Assembly: GCA_964304625.1 (NCBI GenBank)
Contig: OZ199838.1
Coordinates: 9,265,245-9,329,244, forward strand
Origin: Kudoa neothunni
Lineage: Eukaryota > Animalia > Cnidaria
DNA length: 64,000 nucleotides
Direction of reading: 5' to 3'
Both the position numbers and the translations under genes were made by a program. Positions 51,594-63,641 of this stretch are shown here, in pieces; position 1 is the first letter of the stretch, and each line of letters starts with the position of its first letter. The notes under the pieces are model-generated. The model worked only from the letters and a program-made list of their open reading frames with translations. It searched no databases and was not told the DNA's origin.

Positions 51594-52088
51594 CAGAGGT
51601 CGGGAATCTATAGCTCGCATATAAATCCTCAATTTAAAAATATGTTTCGTTAAACTCCTTTGTGCGTATCCGAAACGATCACTACGGAAAGTCGGTTACT
51701 TACCATATCATACACTGTAGCGTGCGAGTATTGCCGTAACGAAAATGTTTAGCTCTACGTATGTATGTGAGCAGCCATTTTACGTTTAAAAGATGTTAAG
51801 ACAAAACTACCGTGACATTTAACGGATGGATATCTAAAAGCCTGCATGAATTTTAATCTTACCACTTATCAACCAGACTACAAAGCCGTCTACAAAACCA
51901 TGTAGAACCCGAAGTCGCATTGATAACGGGAAATGTTCGTCACCGATTAGCAATAGCGTAAAAATGCTATTAAAGTAATTTAGTGATTTGTTTTAGTTTC
52001 AAAACATATTATATGGTGCTCGTTGAATTAGGATTAAAAAATATGTGGCCTTTGTGGCTCTCTCACCAAAACAGATTCCCGCCCCCTG
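51594..52088 (+). mobile_element. Buster/Charlie-type hAT deletion derivative retaining the transposase C-terminus
   Basis: TIRs cagaggtcgggaatct / cagggggcgggaatct; perfect TSD ggctagag. Remnant MFSSTYVCEQ/RLKDVKTKL..LTDGYLKACM..TTYQPDYK..KSH* matches the hAT dimerisation domain. Confidence 0.92.
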
Positions 52089-52108
52089 GGCTAGAGTATG
52101 GTTTAGGA

Positions 52109-52745
52109 CAGGGGTTCTCAACCATTTTTTAAAATTTCCCTCTCGTTCTGGCAAAGATCCAATTTTACCCCTTTAACTTGGATGTCGAATTCGTTTTTAC
52201 TTTATGGTTTTGTACTAAGTAAACTAAGGCAGAGGCCATTTGCACTGTAAACACCAATCATAAAAGGCATGCACGCCTCTGTGATGACAATTTTAAATCC
52301 CAGAAACTCTTACTCACAAGCTATTCACCTATTTAATTTTTTAGGTTTTTCTAAATTAAATTATTTTTTCCAATTTATTTGCGCCCAAGGACCAAAAATA
52401 ATTAAAACTGATCAAAATTAACGCCGTTCGAATATTATTTATTATGCAAATATCTACTTTAAGTATTATAATTATTATTAGGATACATCACCAAAAGATA
52501 AACGAGATGTAAAAGAAATAGAATAATTATAGTTTTATAAATTGTTGATAAATACTTATTCCCAAAGACATTTGAAGCATTTCTTCCAACTTCTTATTGA
52601 GTTTAATAACCTTGGAATATATAATTCCTTCGAAATCCTTAAGAATATCACAAACCCCATTATGCATAAATTGCACCTATCCAATTTTGATGTCACTTAA
52701 TTTACCCCATGACATTTAAAATCCCCCCCCGGTTGAGAATCCCTG
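52109..52745. mobile_element. hAT (Buster-type) MITE, family B
   Basis: TIRs caggggttctcaacc / cagggattctcaacc; TSD gtttagga/gtttagaa; homologous to 44163-44796. Confidence 0.9.
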
Positions 52746-54107
52746 GTTTAGAACATTAACGGGAAAAATGCGGTCCCAAGTAATTATTTTGCCGCCGAAT
52801 GCATCAGATAAAATTTTAATATGTAATGATTTATTAAGTGGTAATTGGTTACTCAATGCCATCAATATATTTATTGTAACGGTGCAATTTTCCCATTTTA
52901 CTTTTTACTTATAATGAATACGGAGAGATTAAATTAGCAACAAAATATTTTAACTATTTAATCGTATTTATTTTGTTTTCTCTGGTATATTATTTGCATG
53001 TTACATTATATCATTATATTAATGATTAATTACAGGTTCTATAAGTTGCGGTACATTGGCAACTCTAATGTAATAATGTGTCTTCCTGAATCTGAAAGTA
53101 TGCCCACCTTGGGTATATATGTGTGAATTAAGTTTTTTTTTGCTATTTCCTAGTAATATAATCATAAAAAAACCTTAAATTGATTCAAATTTTCGCAGAA
53201 TACGTACTTAGTAAATTAGCGTTATCTGATTTTTAGAAAGTACTAAATAAAGCGGTGCGAATAAAATTATTTAAGGTAAACTATGCAATTAATGAATTTT
53301 TTCTCCATATCCGTTCAAAGAAACAAGTAATAATTTGATTGGAACCTAAAAAAATCATCAAATAGAATTTCTAGATTATTGAGAGATTTACGCCAGCTCT
53401 AAAATCCCCGGAAAATATTTTTATTCTCCAGACAATTCATTCAATTACTTTCACACAATTGCTTAAATAATGATCAACAAAAGGATATATAAAATTAATA
53501 ACGCTCTCTCTGTACGATCGGCATGGATATAGGGCGAAAAATACACCATAATCTTTAGTGCAATGTTACCCAATCTTGTCGGATCACGGACCCACGTTCT
53601 AAGAACACTGCTTTAGAAGGTTCTTAAAAATTGGCATTAATTATAAATCGGTTTTTTCGAATGTAAGGGCGTGGAAAAATTTGATGGAACCTAGAAATTG
53701 TTGAACGTTTATTGGATGCACAAAAACCTGAACATTGGTGCATTGATGTAGCACGCTTAATGGCGTACTAATTGGACAATGTAGAGTAGAGTACTTTGAA
53801 GCCAATACATCGATATACGATCTCGTTTATTTTTATGTGATCATTACTATCATAATACACTGACAAAAGTAATGATAAATTATATACAAATATACAATAA
53901 CATTTGACTTGGTCTTTACCCAAGTAGAATCGAAAATGTTTTAATCCCAAGCTTGTCTTATTTATTGTCGTGATCGGCTCTGTTTTTGATTTAACTTGAT
54001 ATAATATTGATTATTTATCAATCTAGATTATTTCTTTTAGGTTTATAAGACCTATATACATGAAAGTTCTGCTTAATGTTAGCTAGGTCACAACGAGTGT
54101 CACTTAA

Positions 54108-56022
54108 ACCTCCGTGGCACGCATGGGGTTCAATGGACCCCACGTGAATTTTCGTTCCCGATAATTCTGGTTTTAACTAACTTAGTTCTAAACGGTCAGT
54201 TCTATTCGCATATTTTTGTTTATTTAACTTTTATGCCAACTTGATTGATTTAAGAAAATTTCTTGACGGTGATAGCAACGATTCTTATCTATCCGATCTA
54301 GAGTCCCATAGCGATGACTCGCGTAATGATGATTTGGTATTAGATAAAAAGATAAGTCGAGTTCTGAATCATTTGAGAATATAGAAGAACCCGATATATC
54401 TAAAAATTACTCAACTTTGGAAACTTCTGATGAAAATAAAGATAAATTTTATGGAAATAACTTTGAATGGCCAGCTAATCTTGTTGGATTATTTTCTAAA
54501 AAGAGGAAATACGATATCTTAAACGAAAAAAATCAAATACTCATTCCTGATTATATTAACTCAGAATCTCAAATCTAGAGCTTATTTTTTACAGATGCAA
54601 TATTAAATAATATATTTTATCACACCAACAACCATTTAAAAAACAATAAGTCAAACTTCAAACGAGAACGTGATTGCACGGAGTTTGATCTATGTGATTT
54701 AAAAGCATTCAATGGCTTGCATTACTTTCTTGCAATAAGAAAGGCAAATTTAACCGACATGAATGAACTCTGGGAAGATGATGTCTTCGGCATTCCATTA
54801 TGCAAAAAAGTTTTCAGTTTTAATAGATTCAAATAATTGAAAAGATGTCTACATTATGCTGGAAATTTGCCAGACTCTGCTCATCATAAATTTGAAAAAA
54901 TTAAAGATGTTTTCAATGACGTCAAAACAAAATTCTTAAAATATTATTTCCCCTCAGAATATTTAGTCATTGATGAAATGCTAAAATCATTTAGAGGGAG
55001 TGTATTTTTTAAACATTACCTGCCCAAAAAGCCAGCGAAATATGGGCTTAAAATATTCAATATGACAGATTCAAAGACATTTTATACTTTAAACCTAGAA
55101 GTTTATGTGGGTGCTTAGAGTAACGTGAATAATTCTGCTCAAAGTGTAGTTATGCGTCTAGCACAACCAATTTTAGGTCCTGCCAGAAACATAACTTTAG
55201 ATAACTGGTTTTCTTCTGTTCCCCTTTTTCAAGAATTGTTAAAAAATAGAATAACCGCTTGCGGAACTTTAAAAAAAATAAAAAAGAAATTCCTGGTGAA
55301 TTTTTAGCATCAAAAACAAAAGAGCTGTACTCATCGAAATTTGCATATACTAAAGAGTTAACGCTACTTTCATATGTCCCTAAAAAGAATAAATCGGTCA
55401 TTTTATTGAGCACATTTCATCACAAACCAATATTCGACTTAGAAAATCCTCAAAAAATTCCAGAGATTATTTCATTTTATAACTCTACCAAGGGTGGTGT
55501 TGATACAGTTGACCAAATGTGTGCCAATTATTCCACCTATCGAACAACTAGAAGATGACCGGCAGTAATATTTCACACTTTGTTAGACGTCGTATCAATC
55601 AACGCTTTTGTTATTTACTGTATAAAATCGAACAAACAAATAAGAAGGAAAGATTTTTTGAAATCGTTATCCACGCAGCTTATGGAAGAGCAAATCTGTA
55701 GAAAAGGTATTAAACATAATTTATTTTAATTAAAACTTTACAGAACCACCAAAAATCAAATTTTCACAAGAATCCAACAATCTCATCGCCAAAAAAAGTT
55801 GCCACTAGTGTTCTCGTCAAAACGATAAAAAAACCCGAACAGCGTGTCACAGTTGCAAAAATCAGGTTTGCAAGGAACACTCTAACGTTATATACGACAA
55901 CTGTTTTTAAAACAATCAATTAAAATAATATATGTGGCAATTTACATCGAGTTTTTCTTCGTGGGGTCCAATGGACCCCATGCGTGCGTTCGCGTTAAGT
56001 TTTTTGCGTGTGCCACGGAGGG
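54108..56022 (+). mobile_element. piggyBac transposon with a transposase pseudogene (~54233-55910) containing a putative 37-nt intron
   Basis: TTAA at 54104-54107 and 56023-56026. TIR (a/c)cctccgtggcac; 28-bp subterminal inverted repeat gcacgcatggggt(t/c)ca(a/t)tggaccccacg. Peptides VIDEML, KPAKYGLK, NITLDNWF, YNSTKGGVDTVDQ, and a Cys-rich tail. Confidence 0.95.
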
Positions 56023-56405
56023 TTAACAATGTTTTTGACAGAATGAAGAACTAAAGATGTTAATTTTTATGGTCCGTCGATAATTCAAAATAGACCTTAT
56101 CGAATACATCTTAATTTTAATAAAAATAAAAGTATATATTGATAAGTTACAAGTTTGAGTGTGATATGAAAATTGAATCAAACTTACAAGCAGTTTAAAT
56201 TAAAAAATCGATACTTTGGACAAATGTGAGGCAAAGAACTGTTTATCAAGAAAATGGGTAGTGATAGAAAAAGATTGAGAAATAATGTTATAAATGGTGA
56301 TGCTCCCTGAATAGCCGCAAATAATGACAATAGAAAACCACACAAAATGTAAAAAAACACAACAAATAAATAAAATATATTAAAATAAATAACGATTTTC
56401 TCTAA

Positions 56406-56894
56406 TTATGAAAATGTACAAGTGTATGCGGTCACCCAAAACAGCTAAAAATAAAATTCACATACTCAAACCAATGTACAAATATATTACTATGAAAGTG
56501 CTAAAAGCGGGGGTTAGAACTTCGACAAAACTTGGTGCTAATATTTTGAAATGCTCGTTCTCCTGGATTCTATGGTAACTTAGCATCACTTTATAAAGGC
56601 ACCATATGAGTGCCCCAAACCTAAATCAACCCACTAATATACCATTGACTAGAACAACTCCAAAATACGATAATATCGCTTTGAACCCCAGAAAATGATT
56701 CCAACCAAAGACAATACCCAAAAATATGGAAAAGAATTGACAATACCAGTAAAGGGCATCACAAAAGTCGTCCTAATTATAATGAATAGTACTATCAAAA
56801 CCTAACTATTTACAATTTCTTTCCATTGATAATTCTCACGTAAACCATTGTAAAGAAGACTGAAAAATCTAGCGAAATGTGATTGGAGAGACAT
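56406..56894 (-). CDS. RAB5IF: RAB5IF/OPTI (C20orf24, Rab5ip family) membrane protein; 4 exons
   Basis: Spliced protein ...YQWKEI|DDFCDALYWYCQFFSIFLGIVFGWNHFLGFKAIL|SFGALIW...IQENEH...PAFSTFI|LFWVTAYT*. This fits the family pattern W...DEFLDVIYW.RQ....LG..WG.....G and F..FM..WI..YT. Confidence 0.88.
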
Positions 56895-57221
56895 GGCAAC
56901 CAAAGATGAGTTGCTAGACAGTTTGATTCAAATGAAGTTAACAGAAATACACCGGCTGACAGCTCGGTTACATGCGCCAATTTATCCACGATTAATTCCG
57001 AATATATGCAACAAAATTAATTTATACAAAGTAATAAAAAAATATTGTTCCAAGTTCTGCAAAACGATTAAAATATACTATTAGCTGAATAGAAACAAGC
57101 AGTGTTTACACAGATCACAATTACAAACAGTCAAAAAGATGAATGAAAAATTTCAAAAATAATAATTGGTAGTTGAAAAATTGACAATAGACACATTTTC
57201 ATATATGAATAATTTGGAAAA

Positions 57222-57464
57222 TTATTTCTGTCGTTTTTCGTTTGTAATCTTCAGCTGTTCAAGCAAAAACCAAACAAGCATCAACCCTAGTAGAGTGAAT
57301 CCAACGAGTAAATACCAAATATAGGACATCATATAGGAGTCTGCGACAAAAAAATAAAGTGCAAATAGTACAAAAATATTTGCCGAATAGACAACACCGA
57401 AAAACAAACAAGTCGAAAAATTCAGTCCAGGCTCAATCAATTTTGCAATAACGTTCATCAACAT
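57222..57464 (-). CDS. Small intronless two-TM protein, Pkr1-like (ER V-ATPase assembly factor) candidate
   Basis: MLMNVIAKLIEPGLN, two hydrophobic segments, then VWFLLEQLKITNEKRQK. This resembles the Pkr1 pattern (IF.PG ... WF..E). Confidence 0.55.
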   Translation of the reverse strand: MLMNVIAKLIEPGLNFSTCLFFGVVYSANIFVLFALYFFVADSYMMSYIWYLLVGFTLLGLMLVWFLLEQLKITNEKRQK

Positions 57465-57601
57465 AATTCTTCTAAAATTTAACTCAATCAATGTTTGATA
57501 AGTATTAAGCTTTAAATTAATTGAAATAAATTTTTATCGAAATAATACAGAGAGTGATGTAACTTTTTGATAGTTCGGTGGTGACAGGCGTACGCACAAA
57601 T

Positions 57602-58705
57602 ATGAGTTCAGCTTTAGGAGACGCAGAAAAAGCTTTTATTATCGAGGGAATCGAAAAGCAGATACGTTCAGATGGTAGAAAACGTTTAGAATACAGAACC
57701 ATCTCCATAGACACAAATGTGATTACCCATCTGAATGGATCTTCACGTGTTACTCTTGTATTTTCATCTGTGATCAATATGCATCATGAAGATGATTGAC
57801 CAATTACGATTTTCTCTTTAGGGTAAAACATCTGTGGTTGTTGGTGTAGTAGCAAGATTGACTGAACCATTGGTTTCTATGCCACATTGTGGTTTTATAG
57901 AAATTTCAATACATCCGTAATCGGCGGTAGTGCTGTTTATTTATTTTATTGAGAGTGTAGATTTGGAGCTGCATCAAATAACAAAAATAATTCGTTTGAT
58001 TCGAGAACTGTACATTTATTGCCTTCGCTTCGTAAAGCTTACACGTCACCCAATTCGTTTGATCTACCTTTTCTCTGCTTGATCCCCTCGAAAAAATGTT
58101 GGGCATTGAATGTGGATGTTATAGTAGGTTTGATAGAGTGAAATTCGCTTTAATTCTTGCGTAGATTATTGAAGATGATGGAAATCTACTTGATGCCATA
58201 TCTTTGGGAATTTATTCAGCCTTATACAATTGTGCCATTCCAAAGGTAAATGTCATGGAAGGTGACGAATGCAACGAGATTGTTATCAGTGAGGATGAAA
58301 CCTTACAATTGGACCCCACATTGTTGCCAATTGTGGTCACATTTTATAAGGTTGCATTTTAATGATATTATAAATCTTTTTAATGGGTTTATGTGTGCTT
58401 GTTTAGATTGGCAAAGATTATTTCATTCTAGATCCAACTGTAGCAGAAGAATATTGTTCGGACTGTATGGTACAAATTACAGTAAATCAATCAGATGTTT
58501 TCGCTATCAACATAGAAGGACACGGTGTGATTTCGATTGATGAAATAGATTTCCTTAAAAAAGTATTCGCTTCGTTTTTTTGTTGATTCGAATTTTTCTT
58601 AAGGAAGCGTATTCGATCGCACAGCAGCTGCTTGTAAAGCTAAAAAGCACACTTTCGGATATCTCTACCGACTGTGTAAACAAGAAAAGAAGTTTCTTAT
58701 ATTGA
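57602..58705 (+). CDS. EXOSC7: Exosome complex component RRP42; 6 exons
   Basis: Motifs LGDAEKAFIIEGIE.QIRSDGRKRLEYR, NGSSRVTL|GKTSVVVGV, LCLIPSKKCWALNVDV, DDGNLLDAIS, ILDPTVAEE; TGA at 58703-58705. Confidence 0.93.
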
Positions 58706-59582
58706 AAATGTTATCATCAATGTTTATTCGGTGTTTTTAATACAAAAGTGTCTAAATTTTAATGGATTTTGAATTTTTCTATGCAGCTTATTTCGCTAGT
58801 TACTTTCTTCAAAATACTCAATCGAGATATAAGATAGTTTAAGAGTTTATTTTTATTAATAATAATCTTTCATTAAAAGTTTAAATCAACCAAAATTTTG
58901 AAATTACAATAAATTCGATACTTACTAACTCGGTATTGCATAGTTCGTTATATTTTAATATATTTGTATCTTGTAAGGAAAGAAATAATAATATATGATG
59001 TCAAAAATATATTTTAGACGGATTAATTTTATATAAAATTTAAAAAATTGATTTTCTTACTATTGCGTAATTTTCGCTTGGCCTCCAACAAAACTTACAC
59101 CATTTCGAGAGTTTACTGTATACATCAAACATGTTAACACTTTTTGATAGTTAGATGTTATATAGGTGATAAATATAAAAAATGCTTTTAATTTTATTGT
59201 TTGGACAGGCACAATATTTTTAGAAAAATTGTTCTATCTGATTACCCAGATATTAAATTTAAAACTCCCTATGTTGCTCTCTAAGTTGAAAAATCAAGTT
59301 TAATTTGGAATAGCATTTTTTAAATAATTAAACATCGGCAAGAAGATATTTAAATGATAAAGATAAGTCGATAAATTTGAATTTATTCTATAAATATGGA
59401 TTAAATGAGAATATTAAATTGATGCCAGAACTTTAAAGGAATCTGTGCATATAAAATATTACCTACGTTTCTCATTGAACAATCTGAGGAAATCAAACTC
59501 TATACAAAGACGGGGGTTCCGCATCCCTAGGGGTACGAACTATAGGCTTGAAGGATGCGAGAGTCGACCACAATAGGAAATA

Positions 59583-60793
59583 CAGTAGGTGACGGACGGG
59601 TCGTGGGCACTAAAATGGGAATTGGGTTCGAGGCGCCCACGACCCGTCATGACGCATGCGAACAAAGCAAAATTTTATGCGGGCTCTTGCAATTTAGTCT
59701 CTCGTATTTATCATTATGTTTGCATTTATGTTCAAAAGTATATTAATAAAATAAAACCTTCTTATGGCAATCATGTGAAGATTAAATACGACTAATCTAG
59801 TCGATCCTTGACTTTAATTTGTAGAAACAAACCATTTAGACAACGTGATGATAAAACCAATGATTTCTGTCAACAAAAATTTAAAAATATAATAAATGCA
59901 ATTCTTACATCAAATTTTAGTACAATCAAAATTATTTTTATTTTAATCATAAATGTTCGGACGATTTTAAATATAAACATGCAGAAAACTTTCTTAATGA
60001 ATCACTATATCTTAAGGAAGTGTTGCGTAACAAATAAATTATTTTCTGTACTCATAAGAAGTAGAAGTAAGAGTTAATAATCAAGATAAATTTAATATAT
60101 ATTGATATGCATAATTTCATAAAATTAATTAATATACTCAATAAAATATAATTAAAAGTTTTTAACATACTTATTAGTTGGATTTTGCTTTGGAAAAGTT
60201 TTTAATATTTTACTGGTAAAGCTCTGACATTCATGAATCGTAAATCGTCCTTTCTAGATCTATGACCATAGATAACATTTGATAATTTCGTATTCTGAAA
60301 GATTTGTACATTTTCCTCAAATAAATTAGAGCATCATTCATAGAAATAGTAAATTTTTTAAATTTGTTGTGGTTATTTGTAATTTTCATTCCATTATGAG
60401 ACTTCATAATAGATTCTTTATTACCCAAAATCCTATTTAAAGAGGATAGATATTTTAAGTTAAAATAATTGAGAGTTTTAGTTTATCTGTTATCCCCATT
60501 CGATATTCTTTCATAATATGGCATTATATCCACTCTACCTTTCAAAGAACGAAACTGTTTAGTTCTCTTCAAGTGCCCACGGCCACCATCCATCATTTAG
60601 GCGACTGTATTCTTAAGCTTAGTGCCCACGAGTCGTAAATTTTAGCTAATTCTTATATACAGCGAATTAAAATAAAAACTAAGATTTTAATAATTTTTTA
60701 TAATTGTTACGCTTTTATTCGATTCATTTTAATTAGTAACAGTATTGTGTAAATTATAAATTATGGCAAGTGCCCACGAGCCGTCACCTATTG
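59583..60793 (-). mobile_element. Non-autonomous pogo/Tigger-like element
   Basis: TA|cagtaggtgacgg..tcgtgggcact ... agtgcccacgagccgtcacctattg|TA. Internal gtgcccacg repeats at ~59635, ~60573 and ~60622. HTH-like remnant SSLNRILGNKESIMK. Confidence 0.85.
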
Positions 60794-60811
60794 TAATTTG
60801 TGAGAAATTTA

Positions 60812-61361
60812 GAGTTAGCTACACCCAATCGTACGTATGGGAAATGTAGATTCCGTTGTAGGCACTGGTGGTGAATTATGGACCCTGCGTAATCTACTCA
60901 TAACCCCTTAATCCTAAATTTGCGTAAAAAAGAAAGGCAATGTCTATTGGTCCGGCAAAGGGCCAATAGACATTGCCTTTATCTAATGAAAACTCATCAT
61001 TTGCTTCAAAAATGGTTCTAATGTGCTCCAGGAATAGCTGACCTTAAGACATTATTTAAACGTGCCTTACTTCAAAAATATCTTAATATTTTTATGTGGG
61101 ACATAAATTTTGGAACTTCGATATTTTATCAAACTTCTTTGTTTCCCACAATCCTCATATAACGGAGGTGTTTTCCTCAAATTTTTTTATCCATCAAAAA
61201 TTTAAAATTAGCCTTTTTTGAAGAAGTTATCGATGAAACGAAATCGGATCTCATTTTAGAGCGATTAAAAGCTGCGTAATCTCTTAATCTCCTTAACTCG
61301 GATTCGGGTCCACAATTCGCCACCAGCGCCTCGTTTTGTTACCAATTGGGTGTGCGAACTC
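60812..61361. mobile_element. Composite element with nested inverted repeats (outer 60812/61361, inner 60860/61331) and an internal perfect hairpin
   Basis: Outer pair gagttagctacacccaat / gagttcgcacacccaat; inner pair aggcactggtggtgaattatggaccc / aggcgctggtggcgaattgtggaccc; hairpin at 60933-60980. Confidence 0.7.
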
Positions 61362-61385
61362 AATTTTAATTGTTAAGCGCTGTAC

Positions 61386-61990
61386 TAGGGATAAGCGATG
61401 ACTGGCTCGCGGACCGAATTCAGCACATGAACTTTCCTCTTCCGGCCGCGATGTGGTCAGTGATAAAGTCGAATTGTTTTTTATTAGGTGGTACTTTTAC
61501 AATTTTCCGCATTTTTATAATAGATCTTTGAGCATATAAAGAAGTATAAAAACAAATTAGTCGGAATTAATTAGATATTTCCCCTTTTCCGAATATATTT
61601 GTATAAAATCTAAAATATTCCCCTAAACAATTTCTTATTTATTTTTACTAATTGTATGATATTAGCCCTATTTTGACGAATGAAGACGTTTAATTAATGT
61701 TTTTTTACGATTTCGAGCAATCATTTAAGTATAAAAAATATTACATTCAGTATAAATTAAATTAAATTTGAACTAAAACCTATATATCATTGGTTACTTT
61801 CTCATAAAGAATTTTGAACGTTCGTTATATTTTTTTCGCGCTGCAGTGAGAAATTAGAATATTAAGTATCAAAATATGTGTACTAGGCCAACTTTTATTA
61901 TGCAAAAGTCATTAGAGCTTAAAGAATGATGTATATATATATATACATATTCTGTGTCGGCAACCCATTCATTCGGGTCGCTGAAGACTA
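61386..61990. mobile_element. Degenerate second copy of hAT MITE family A
   Basis: Internal homology to 38801-39436 (atcatttaagtataa.aaatatta.att; tccggcc near the left end; ggcaacc...gggtcgc near the right end). TIRs are eroded. Confidence 0.6.
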
Positions 61991-62716
61991 CTATAAACAG
62001 TTAAAAATATGGATAGGATTCAATATTTTTCGTATTGATATATTTATAATCGAGTTATTTATATATTGACGATTGGTTTCACGCCAATAATAACTATTAA
62101 CTATATTACAATTTAGTGTTTAATGTTTCTTCTTCAATACACATAAGTATATGTATTCGCATTATAAATTACAGCTTAGTCACTTCAACTGTCGCTGAAA
62201 GAAACAAAAAGGCTAGTTCTTGATTTCGAGAGATATATTTAGATATTAGCGTTGAAGAAACGTTCATTTTGTGAAAATTAATTTCAATTGATTTATTATA
62301 GAATCATAATATTATGCATGTTATATTAATGACCAAAAAAATCAAAAAATTTCACAGAGTAAATAGTTGACAACCTCATCTTTATATATTTCACCTATTT
62401 CTCTCAATTATCTTTTGGATAATTTTTTATAATTGCGGCTACTAACGATTATTTGCTATTAAATTTGGAAGAAAAAGCAATGGTGTTTAAAGATCGTAAT
62501 TTTCTAGGAATAATTATTTTTGGGAGGAAAAAAGGTATTTTTGATGAAAAAGTAAGAATTTTATTGTATACATAATATTTTATGATAATTTAAAGTTAAA
62601 TTGGGTCATATAACATCCCAATACATTTTATTTAATTAAGGAATTTAATAAAAGTAAAGATTGCAGTCAGAATTATACAACTAATTTATTTTATCGTCGG
62701 GAGACGGAACTCGAAA

Positions 62717-63641
62717 CACTTACGCGTGTGCCGAAGGGGGACCCAAGGTACCCCAGGGGTTTTTCAACTCAATTCTCTCGCAGGGATAAAAAATTTGTTT
62801 ATGTGGTCACTACTTAGTTTGAAATAAAAGTAACCGCCAAAAACGCAGAAATATTTAACCAACTAGGAAAAAAATACAAGAAATTCGTGGCCATCACTTT
62901 TAAGAAAAAAGCGAGAATAAACAAGCAATTCCTCAACGGTATAGATAGGTTATGCTTGTATACAGCTATTAACTAGTTATTGGAAAACTCAAGGTTGATT
63001 TTCAAGTGAATTTGGCATCTGAAAGGAGCGACCGACAAAACCGCCACAACAAAATCCCAAGGTTTTCGTTAATCTCATTTTGCGATCGTGGTATTAAAAG
63101 GTAGGAATATTTCCTTCCCTTTAAACGACTGCATTTTCTGCTATAATTTTTATTCTATGGTAAAAATTATGGCTGATGTAAAAAGAAACCCCCGGTTGGA
63201 ACAAAATTAAACATTAATCGACCTATACTTTCAAAATTAATATACTACTAAGAGCGCTCATGTCTTACAATAATCTCAGGATAATCTCCAAATATGTCGG
63301 ATTCTTCCGGTAGAAAATAAAATCAAAACTTGGTCATACTCTTATTCCTTTTATCTATTTAAAAATTGTTTTTTAAACAATAATTTTTAGTCGAAATTAA
63401 ACAAATAATAAATATAAGATATCCAAAGGTTTTTAAACACTAAATATTTTAGGTTCAGGTTTAAAAAGTAGTCTATTATATTATAACCTGAAGGAAAACA
63501 TTTTTTGTTGTTTAATTTAAAGTTAATTAGATATTAAAAGATTACATGGAAAATTATAGAAAAAAATCAAAAGGTGAAAATAGAAATTTCGAAACATACA
63601 ATAATTCGGGTTCCTAAAATACCCCATCCGTACCGTAAGGG
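62717..63641. mobile_element. piggyBac-type MITE abutting the NUDCD1 stop codon (left end tentative)
   Basis: The right end reads TTAA|cccttacggtacggatggggtattttaggaacccga on the minus strand. The candidate partner is cacttacgcgtgtgccgaagggggacccaaggtacccca at 62717, where the TTAA is eroded. Confidence 0.55.

Noticed and set aside
53575-53615. hAT-like end (ggacccacgttctaagaacactg); similar lone ends at ~40790 and ~59510
   Set aside because: No matching opposite terminus identified.
54108-55910. Stop-codon reassignment suggested by TGA at the RRW position and other stops in transposases
   Set aside because: Host genes use TAA, TAG and TGA as normal stops and TGG for Trp. The TE stops co-occur with frameshifts, which indicates decay.
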